The translations under genes and the position numbers were made by a program. Positions 53,446 through 64,000 of a stretch of DNA of 64,000 nt are shown here, piece after piece; within the stretch, counting starts at the first letter, position 1; every line of letters starts with the position of its first letter. The notes beneath the pieces are model-generated. The model was not told where the DNA came from. It made no database searches and saw only the letters and a list, made by a program, of their open reading frames with translations. Source of the stretch: Eledone cirrhosa (lineage: Eukaryota); the NCBI GenBank assembly GCA_964016885.1, contig OZ024745.1, positions 109,058,001 through 109,122,000 on the forward strand, given 5' to 3'.

Positions 53446-54670
53446 ATAATTTTAACACAATGCCAACAATTTGTGGAGCGAGGAAATCAATTGAATTGAC
53501 CTCAGTATGTGACTAGCATTATATTTCATTGACCCCATGAGGATAAAAGGCTAAATTTATCTTAGAAATTTGTAGAGAAATCGTAAATTCAACTAGTTAT
53601 ACTGGCCTTACTCAAATTATCAACTGATTGATAATTAGTTGAGCTGTGATAAGCTATAATCGACCACAATGAAATATTCAAATATGTGGCTTTATTTTCA
53701 GTGTCAAAGATAATAATTATTCAGAAAGAACAAGACAACATTTGTAAATGAACAATGGAGCGTCGGATTGAAATGCTTGGAAAATGGAGAAAATCTCGAA
53801 GGCAGAAAATAACTGTGAACACAGTATAGAAAATCGGGTAAGATACCCCTACAGACGGAAACAATGGGGGTGACAGCAGCCGCTACAGAGAATCAAAGGT
53901 TTTTATCTCTCAAATTCCGGTTGACTGCTCTGTACTAAAACAATAAATAGATTGGTAGGATGAAGGATGAACATAATACAATATTGACGGAGTAAGTAGA
54001 TTTGTCGGCTTGTATGACACTACGAACGAGATTGCACAAGAGCTGATTGGTTCAAAAAGAGAAGACAAAATATCAGTTACTGACGTAAGTTTAACTGAAG
54101 AATGAACGAAATTACCCATCAGATGTTGACTTCGAAATGTGATGACATAGAGGCAGCTTTTGATGAAATCAAGCTGTAAACCTGATTTTACGTTCGCGTT
54201 ATTATCAAATCACAAATAGAACAATATATTCTCTACATAGTAAAGAAAGCTAACTAAATGTCACATCTCCTTTACCATCCTCTGGGGAAATCTCTTCTGC
54301 ATTCTGTGTGGGGAGGCCAGCACGTGTGACCCCATTTGCTCACCATACAGAGAGATGGGGAGGGCGAGAGAGATGGAGGCGATGACAGTGAGACTTCGGC
54401 TCTTCCACGTTCGGACCACATCCTTGCTGTTGTGTTCATTATCTATTAGAGTTCACTCCGTTTTACTCAGTAACATTGTTGATGACTTTTAAACACACAC
54501 ACACAGACACACACACACACACGCACGTACACACACACACACACACATGTTTATTTATCGGTTTTCTAAAGAACATCCGGTAAATTGACAATATATTCGC
54601 TACAGAGTAAAGAAAACTAACTAAATGCCACACAGTTTTACTCCGGCAACCTAACATTATAATTATATCT

Positions 54671-55062
54671 CGGTGGATTGACAGTATCGGTAGAGAGTCG
54701 GACGCCATGCTTTGACGCATTGAGTTACGGCCCTTGTCATTCGGAGTTCAAATCCCGCCGAGGTTAACTTTGCCATTCATCCTTATAGGGTCGATAAAAT
54801 AAAGTAACCAGTAATACACTGGAGTAATTAGCTGGCCTTGTACCAAAAGTAGAAACAATTATTATTATATCTCTCGGTGGATTGGCAGTATCGGTAGAGG
54901 GTCGAACGCATTGCTTTAACGCATTGAGTTACGGCCCTTGTCATTCGGAGTTCAAATTCCGTCGAGGTTAACTTTGCCATTCATCCTTACGGGGGTCGAT
55001 AAAATAAAGTACCAGTAATGCACTGGTGTAATTGCTGGCCGTGTGCCAAAAGCAGAAACAAT
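54671..55062 (+). mobile_element. Two tandem Meta-like SINEs sharing diagnostic changes
   Basis: Both contain CGCATTGAGTTACGGCCCTTGTCATTCGGAG. Confidence 0.85.
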
Positions 55063-55321
55063 TATTTTATCTCCCGATTCTGCCAGTGTTAATGTATATA
55101 TATTTGGTTTTGCTAACTCATACGTTACATGTATCAAAGAACTTGTAAACTATAAGAAGATTTTTTAAGTATGTTATATGTCTCCGCGCGTATGTGCTTT
55201 ATCAAAGTATATTTCGGTACACACCCAAAACGTGCAAAATTCATTAGAGCAATACGCTCTATTGTAACACGAAGGCGACATACATACATACATACATACA
55301 AATATATATATATATATATAT

Positions 55322-55456
55322 ATTCTCACATGCACATACATACACACACATATATATACTCACATACATATATATATATATATATTTATATGCTCACACA
55401 CATACTCACATGCACACACACACACACACACGCACTCAATATGCGCACACACACTC

Positions 55457-55526
<70 letters not shown>

Positions 55527-55607
55527 TCACATGCACATACCTACACACACATATATATACTCACATACATATATATATATTTATATGCTCACACACATAC
55601 TCACATG

Positions 55608-55638
<31 letters not shown>

Positions 55639-55842
55639 GCACACAATATGCGCACACACACTCATATATAAATATAAATATATATATGTATATATATATA
55701 TTCTCACATGCACATACCTACACACACATATATATACTCACATACATATATATATATTTATATGCTCACACACATACTCACATGCACACACACACACACA
55801 CACGCACACAATATGCGCACACACACTCATATATAAATATAA

Positions 55843-55860
<18 letters not shown>
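55322..55860. repeat. Three about 180-200 bp tandem units of cryptic CA/TA sequence
   Basis: ATTCTCACATGCACATAC starts at about 55322, 55523 and 55700. Confidence 0.8.
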
Positions 55861-55937
<77 letters not shown>

Positions 55938-56224
55938 CATGCTCCCATGCACAGATGACGTAACACATTATCGAAGATATGAAATGTAAGATATATAATA
56001 TATAATTATCCTTGCTCTGAAATAAGTCTGAAGTTACTAACCCCGAGAGAAAACATATAGGTCTGATAAGCGAAACATCAAGGCTTCGATCGTGTCACAT
56101 CTTATTCTATTTTGGTGCAGTCAATTTTCAAAGTCAGTAAGTACACACACACGCGCACACACACACACACACATACATACATACTTATGTGTACATCACT
56201 TTAGTGTGAACATGTAAAAAAGAG

Positions 56225-57400
56225 AGTACTCAGTTGTGAAAGTAGAGTGTCATTTTATTAAAATGTGTAACCTTGCAAATAGTTTAATCCAAGGTTTTTA
56301 GTCTCCGAACTTCGTACGATAACAAAACATACAACCAGAGACATTTAAAAGTAATTAACTGAAAAATATTTTAATACCATAAAAAGTTTTGTTTACTATT
56401 TTCCTTTCTATTTCATAGTTGATATTATTCTTAGTTCAGTAGGAAAAACGTATACTTAATTTTCTTTTTGAAGCTGTTCTATCGAATATCAGATCTGTCA
56501 ACTCTCCCCGTTGGACGGGGAGATCTCTCACCCACTTTGGGTATAGCCTTCATTATGCGAAATCTCCCCATTTCTCCCCATTTCTCCCCGTTTTAGGGCA
56601 CTTTTTTTTCATGGTACTCCCCGTTTAGGTTTTTAGAGGTTGGCAGGTCTAAACTTGATCTTTGCTCTTTGAACTCTGCTGTGAGTGGTCGAACTTTGTG
56701 GAGAAAAATATCTCGTGTTGATCCGCAGTGTACAACTGGCGGAGTTTAGCGTCAAAGAAGAAGGCCTGAGATATAGTTTTATTAGAAGTGAGGTTAGAGC
56801 TTTTTCTGGTAATGTTAAAAGTAAATAAAAATATTTAGTGTTAATCGAAGTCAGTTGTTCATTTGATAAGGATTATATGTGTTAATGTATACTTTAAATG
56901 TGACATAAAAAGTTAACAATTCTTATGTTGTGGTTAGGTTAAACTTACTTTAGGTCTAAGCTGTTTAAGGTGCTTATAGGGCTTTTCCTAAATCCGTCTA
57001 CTACATGCCCAAAAGCGTGTGATATAATGACTAATTCATCATCCCTATATAATCCGGTATTGCTCTGTCGTACGAGCGGTTACTGGCGTCGAATGTATCG
57101 GTTGTCGTCAAACGTTTGTAGTCAAGACGATTCCTTGACACATATGGATTTCGTAGCAAGGATGATGATTTATAAGACTATGCATTCTATATAAAGCTAT
57201 TTTTAGGTAAAGTCTAGTGCCCAACTAAGAAGACGATGTATTATCGATGAGCAGAAGTGATAAGGTCGAATTGAAAACTGCTCTTTATTCACCCCAATAT
57301 ATTTATTTTAAAATATATATTTTTTTTACTGGTCCAGTCAATGGGGACCGTCTAAAAATAGATCATATCAACCCAGTTGTCTATTTGTCGAATGTTTATG
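56225..57400 (-). pseudogene. Decayed Naiad-like Penelope element (RT plus endonuclease C-terminus)
   Basis: Minus: QFDLI..SSIIHRLLSWALDF, TFDASNRSYDRA, NTGLYRDDELVI..FRK..RIVNFYVTF..YNPY, NNINYEIERKIV; ends in a CACTCTAC..TGAGTAC tail. Confidence 0.7.
56490..56650 (+). mobile_element. CAGACCTGTCAAC-type MITE with internal deletion
   Basis: Both TIRs; homologous to 33907-34114. Confidence 0.8.
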
Positions 57401-57520
57401 GAACAAATACATACACGCATATACATATATATATATACATATATATATATATAAAAACAAATAACGAAACGAAATTAAATTTCGTTTCGTTTGTAACTCA
57501 CTTTTGTATGACTGACGTTT

Positions 57521-58062
<542 letters not shown>

Positions 58063-58063
58063 A

Positions 58064-58099
<36 letters not shown>

Positions 58100-58100
58100 T

Positions 58101-58166
<66 letters not shown>

Positions 58167-58224
58167 GATATATATATATACACACACACACACATGTATA
58201 TACACACACATATACGTATGTCTC

Positions 58225-58870
58225 ATATTTACACATATTTTGTCCCCCGCTGTGTCCCGTCTATTTCGTTCTTACTGCTTCCTCTTTCTCTGTATCTTTA
58301 CCCTCTCTAACAGTCACTCTCTCTGTTAGCCTCTTCCTCACCCTTCACTCACTCACTCTCTATTACTACCTCTCCTCCTCATCCTTCTTCCCGTTTGACC
58401 TGTGCGTAATTCTTTTCTTTCGCACCCTTGGTCAGGCAGGTTCGCTTTTTTTCTCTCTCTCGTCTACGATTTCACAGAACTTATGTTTAACGAATTCACA
58501 GACTAGACCCCTTCTTCCTCCCATTAGACCTGTACGGAATTCCTTCCTCGCTCACATTCCAACCAGGTTTGATGGTCTTTATTCTCTCTCGTTCACGATT
58601 TCACCGAACTTATATTCATGGAAATTTTGGACTTGACTCCTTCTTCCTCACTTTTCGTTGCTTCACCATCTTTGTTTGTTTACACTCTCGTGTCCCCTTT
58701 ATTTACGTGTCCCAACGACTTTTTTTTAGCCGTTGCTCGCACCAACCGGAGGTATATGGTCTTTAAAGCGATGAAATACCAATGATGGTTGGAAGATCAC
58801 TGATGAAGGACTAACTTTATTCATATGTAACCCATTAGCAACCACGCAGCACGTTTTTCTCATATTTACA
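58225..58870 (+). repeat. Dispersed repeat family I (long form)
   Basis: Homologous to 44870-45415 (minus). Confidence 0.8.
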
Positions 58871-58959
58871 CATATACATACATATATATACATACACACA
58901 CACACATATATATATATATTTATTTATATATACATATACATACACATATATATATATAT

Positions 58960-59190
58960 AAAACGAAAAATCAGTGATGCATCTAGACTCAGTTTATTGC
59001 GTGTTACAATTGTTTCGCGGGCAGATAGCTCGAGACATGATCAATGTCGGCGAAACAATTGTAACACACAATAAACTGAGTCTAGATGCATCACTGATTT
59101 TTCGTTTTTTATATTATATCACACTCTGCTCTGTAAGAACATAGATGGCTCAACTGGCATACCGCCTATGGAAGCACCATAGCTACCATT
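58960..59190 (+). mobile_element. Foldback family K with 3' hammerhead half and tail
   Basis: About 58-bp arms; GAAA-CAATTG-TA at 59052-59063; CACTCT tail. Confidence 0.75.
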
Positions 59191-59267
59191 AAACACACAC
59201 ACACACACACACACATACACACACACACATATATTAGGATTGGCGCTCTGAAATAGCGATGTATACA

Positions 59268-59637
59268 TGAATGTATGTATAGTATATTTGGCAATATACC
59301 GTATGTTTAATTAAAAACATTTTGAAGACCTTGCGCTATCATTTTAAAAGTATTTTTGCTGGACCGGTAATCGCTCTGTATAATCAGCTCCTGATTATTA
59401 CTGGAATTCTATAAGAATCCAGCTTCTATAGTTTTCGGCAAAAGCAGGGAGTACGTTGCTCTGATGATCACCAACAGTGTGAAACAGACTCTGTCAGCTT
59501 CTCTCCCTTCTTTTGCCGAAAAAAAAGAAAAAAAGGAGTAAGTGACATAGTCACTACTTTAAAAATGATAGCGCAAGGTCTTCAAAATATTTTTAATTAA
59601 ACATACGGTATATTGCCAAATATACTATACATACATT

Positions 59638-59640
<3 letters not shown>
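59268..59640 (+). mobile_element. Foldback family G with intact hammerhead
   Basis: Arms about 59268-59351 and 59556-59640. Confidence 0.85.
59434..59520 (+). ncRNA. Intact type-I hammerhead ribozyme motif with extended stem I
   Basis: GCT-CTGATGA (59461)-tCAC caaca GTGt-GAAA-CAG act CTG-TC-AGC; distal pairing TTCGGCAAAAG/CTTTTGCCGAA and AGGGAG/CTCCCT. Confidence 0.85.
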
Positions 59641-59727
<87 letters not shown>

Positions 59728-59856
59728 TATATACACCTCCCCCACCCCACACACACATATATATATATATAAATGGAAAAAATGAAATTTCATTTCTCAC
59801 TCTTAGTACGGCTGATACTGTACGTCTGAATACATATATGTATGTACGTATACATA

Positions 59857-59894
<38 letters not shown>

Positions 59895-60734
59895 CATACA
59901 CATATGTATTCATACACGTACATGCACATATGTGTGTCCCTTAAAGTATAGCTCTCAAATAAATACGATCCCTATAAATGCTTCTATCTCTTCTCTAGTC
60001 ATCCCTGTTAACTCCCACGCGGTTGACGTTATGCGTTATTTGAAACGGGTATGGAATTCTCATTGGGTTTTAACCCCTGATCGCAGTAGCGGCCTGCAAC
60101 ATTCTACACTGCAATCTTAGCCGGGATTTGTGTCACTGGAGTGATATCAGGAGGCAAAAGGTAAACACATAAAAATAAAACTGGTTTAAGTCTTTCTTGG
60201 TTAACGACTCTGGCACATTTTTATATTTCTTGCTTGCAAATCTCTCAATACTCACACCCGTGACCCGGTTTACATTCCCAGTTGTATCTATTTTTTATCA
60301 GTCATGATGTTCTATCCATTGTTGTTGTTGCAGTTTAACCCCGTGTCAATCCTGTGCCACAGTAGACCTATGACTATATATGTTAAACATATGAACATCG
60401 TGTCTTATTTTAAATACGGGTGTAGAGGTACACTTTAAGTGGTGACGTGTGGTGTATATGTATAAGTAAATATTTTCTGGAGGTCTCTTGATTAATATTA
60501 TGAAGCCTTATACTGTAGATCGTTCTCTCCCATGTACACATTGTATCTTGAACTACACTTTCGAATAGCTTCACTTTTTAAAAAGTGTGATTTGAAAGAG
60601 AAATATATAAAGTAAGCTGGAGAAGCGTGAAGGTCTTCCACGAGCGACCTTGTCAGGACCTGGGACTCTAGGTACAAATCATGGTCATTCGTGACCGAAG
60701 GGGACCTTTAATATATATATATATATATATATAT

Positions 60735-60938
60735 ATTTATTAAAATAACAGATTAAAGTTTAAGCAAAGAATCGCTGCTTTCACCCTTAACGGGATCTTC
60801 TGAAACTAACAAAGTTAAGGGTGAAAGCAGCGATTCTTTGCTTAAATTTTAATAAATATTTGCTCTACGGTTCTTATATATTTGATATCCTTATCGGGCC
60901 CTCTTTGGATTTTAGTCTTCAAATTTATTATTATTACT
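60735..60938 (+). mobile_element. Foldback family E
   Basis: Inverted TTTAAGCAAAGAATCGCTGCTTTCACCCTTAAC arms plus tail; (TA)n flanks. Confidence 0.75.
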
Positions 60939-61137
60939 ATATATATATATATATATATATAAATAAAATTTCGCTCTACATGGCTGCAGTTCTTTTCGCA
61001 TGCCAACACAAGAGCAAGAATGAAATGTTCATTCTCTACTGACATGGCTATAAAATTGAGGCTTGTTTGCATAATTGCAAACAAATCGAATGTTATTATT
61101 AATATTCGAAAAACTCAGATTACATATATATATTATT

Positions 61138-61168
<31 letters not shown>

Positions 61169-62461
61169 GTTCTTCTGGTTTTATAATTTCACAAAGTTTT
61201 ACCAATAGAGAGAGAGTCGGTTTCTAACACAGACACAAGACTCTCTCATTGGAATTTACACAACACCAACTAGGTAGATATGTATGTATGCATGCATGTG
61301 TAGATATGGATGTTATTGTATGTGTAGATGTGTATGTTTTGAGTTGTATGTGTGCATGTGTATATGCTTTGTATCTGTACATGTGTATATGCAGTTATTA
61401 GATGCAAAATTTTAAGTATGTATGTATGTTTTCTCTTTCTCTTAATTTCGAGTATATTTTTTTGACCGGCCACCTTCCTGGTGGCAAGGTTGTAAAAGAA
61501 AAGAAATTGTCATCCCTTGAATCGCAAGAATGTTTTGCATATTTTGAAGGTGCCAGCTATCGCAGCCATTTGTAGACTATGAATTAGGGAGCTATGTATG
61601 TATGTATGTATGTATGTATGTATATATATAAGGATCGATCGACTTTCGTCAAATCGGACCGAGGAAACAATGTTTCCGTTGGTCTTTCCAGTTGCTAATA
61701 CTATCTAATACTATCTATTGGTCGCAACTCCAGATAGAAGGAGCAACGTGAAATAAAGTGTCTTGCTCAAGGACATAACGCATCGCCCGGTCCAGGAATC
61801 GAACACACAACCCCACGATTGTAAATCCACTTCTCTAACCACTCAGCCACACGTGTGTGTGTGTGTGTGGGGGGGACTGACCAGGTTGCCAGGTTGCCCA
61901 ATGGGAAGTGGGCCCCAAGTGGCCCACAGTAGCATCGCAAGGGCCCACATTAGCATTGCAGGGCCCACTGTAGTATTTTAGGGGCCAATGCTTTGCTTTT
62001 AAAAAATACCTGAAGTCTAAAAGAAAGAATATATTTTTTTAAAAGATAAATAAAACAATTATGCAAAGCATTTGGTGAACCAGGGAATTAATATAGCTGG
62101 AATCAGTGGTTGTACATTCTACTAAAGCTAAAGCGTGGTGTATTCATTCATGCATGCAAACATACATATATAGACACAGACAAACAGGTATATATATATA
62201 TATATATTTATATATATAATAACAATATATTTAGAAACACACAGATACATGCGGACACACACATATATACATGAATGCATCCGCACCCTTCTACGGCCTC
62301 GATATGAATACCCCCTCCGCCTCCGTGGTATTTTCTTCGGGGTTATAAGAGGCTCAGCTCTGTTTCTCGACCGTTATATCGCGTGACTATCTCCCCCTCC
62401 GTTTTTTGGGATTCTTTCTCACGTCGTGTAGACGCGTTCTTGAGACTAGTAAAATGAGGTA

Positions 62462-62551
62462 TCCTCTTGATAAGTTGGCAGACCTCGCAGGGACTCTATA
62501 TCTTTATGATATATTGTTTTTGTTTATGCCACGAAACTACGTAGTCGAGGA
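62462..62551 (+). ncRNA. Type-I hammerhead motif, U3-A8 core variant, long stem-II insert
   Basis: TCCTC-TTGATAA-GTTGGCA..TGCCAC-GAAA-CTACGTAG-TC-GAGGA. Confidence 0.7.
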
Positions 62552-62730
62552 ATTTAGGAGCAGTTTAGGTATGATACATTTTATTACTAGTTGTATCTAA
62601 ATGTTTCTTCTCTCTTCATAATGTATTTATATATATATATATATATATTTATATACTTACACACGAACTACTGACCAAATAATATTCGGTATCAATGGGT
62701 TAAAGACATCTGTCAAATCAATTAGTGGTG

Positions 62731-62801
<71 letters not shown>

Positions 62802-63069
62802 TGAAAGTCTCTGGATTTCGCAAAATACATAATATATTTTATTGGAGAAGCTAAGATATGTTTCCGCAAAAATTTGATTGTACTGTTTTGTTTCCACTTA
62901 TGTATTTAAAAAAAAATTTTATTTATTCATTATAAAAATTAAATGATAGCATTCTATATGTCGGTGGGCGCCCTTCATTCTGGCAAGCAATACTTTTAGA
63001 ATTAGTCCGCCACTGTATATATATATATATATATTTAAAAGAATAGAGGTGTAACACACGAGTTGTGAT

Positions 63070-63698
63070 ATATTAGTAAAAGGAAAAGAAAATGCTGACA
63101 AATTTTTCCCAGTGAAAAATAGTTTAATTAGGAATAAGTATAAATTAGTAATTGTTTCTACTTTTGGCACAAGGCCAGCAAATACCCAGTACATTACTGG
63201 TACTTTATTTTATCGACCTTGTAAGGATGAAAGGCAAAGTTAACCTCGGCGGGATTTTAACTCAGACCGTAAAGAGACTTATCTATGCTGGAAAACATGG
63301 CGTCCGACTCTCTACCGATACTGCAAAGTATAAATTAGTTTTAAGTTTTTACCGGTTGCGCATTTCTAATGCTTTTCAAAAATAATTTTGAGATAGAGCG
63401 CCCGTGATGTTTGCTCTAATCCGTTGGTCTTTCCAGTTGCTAATACTATCTAATACTATCTATTGGTCGCAACTCCAGATAGAAGGAGCAACGTGAAATA
63501 AAGTGTCTTACAGATTAGAGCAAACATCACGGGCGCTCTATCTCAACATTATTTTTGAAAAGCATTAGAAATGCGCAACCGGTAAAAACTTAAAACTAAA
63601 ACTGAATACTAACCAATACTTATTTACTGATTTATACTTATTCCTAATTAAACTATTTTTCACTGGGAAAAATTTGTCACCATTTTCTTTTCCTTTTA

Positions 63699-63704
<6 letters not shown>
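63070..63704. mobile_element. Foldback element with nested SINE (63150-63325, minus) and captured 90-bp loop
   Basis: Arms 63070-63421 and 63513-63704; TTGAAAA-GCATT/AATGC-GCAA-CCGG-TA hammerhead-like motif. Confidence 0.8.
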
Positions 63705-63770
<66 letters not shown>

Positions 63771-64000
63771 GCCAATCATTGTAAGTTTGAATCTGACATG
63801 CAAAAACATGTATATATAAATAAAGTAAGCCCAAATCATAATGGATTCAAATAACCCAGCGAAAGAGAGAAAGAGAGGGGGTGGGTGGGTGCAACAACAG
63901 AAATGAAACATGGATTACAGGTTAAAATATAGTCTAGATAGCTGTGAAACAAAACGAGGATTTAGTTTATGGAATACCCAAATGATTTAGAAGTCGACCT

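Noticed and set aside
53700-54180. Possible decayed LINE or exon
   Set aside because: Only a vague DDIEAAFDEIK resemblance; all frames are interrupted.

Overview
AT-rich, microsatellite-saturated eukaryotic intronic or intergenic DNA. The repeat landscape (tRNA-head SINEs with a Meta-like core, RTE and Tx1 LINE remnants, huge (TA)n/(CA)n tracts) looks like an octopod cephalopod genome; that assignment is an inference. No host protein-coding gene could be confidently identified. Almost all ORFs in the track are microsatellite or low-complexity artefacts. The real coding traces are all decayed transposon fragments: Penelope-like GIY-YIG and Naiad-type RT, RTE RT, Tx1/L1 C-terminus, mariner and hAT. 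The most striking signal is a dense set (about 20 copies, more than 10 unrelated families) of short foldback elements embedded in (TA)n. They carry minimal type-I hammerhead ribozyme motifs, several of them intact and three with a compensatory U3-A8 core, plus a shared YACTCY..GAGTRC tail motif. They match Penelope-like pseudo-LTR ends, and two Penelope-like coding remnants in the window carry the same motifs. Other notable observations are a 90-bp local sequence copied into one foldback loop, a (TATC)n-targeting Tx1 family, and an inverted-repeat element with two convergent tRNA-like units. Coordinates were read by eye and repeat boundaries are approximate. Family letters are my own labels.
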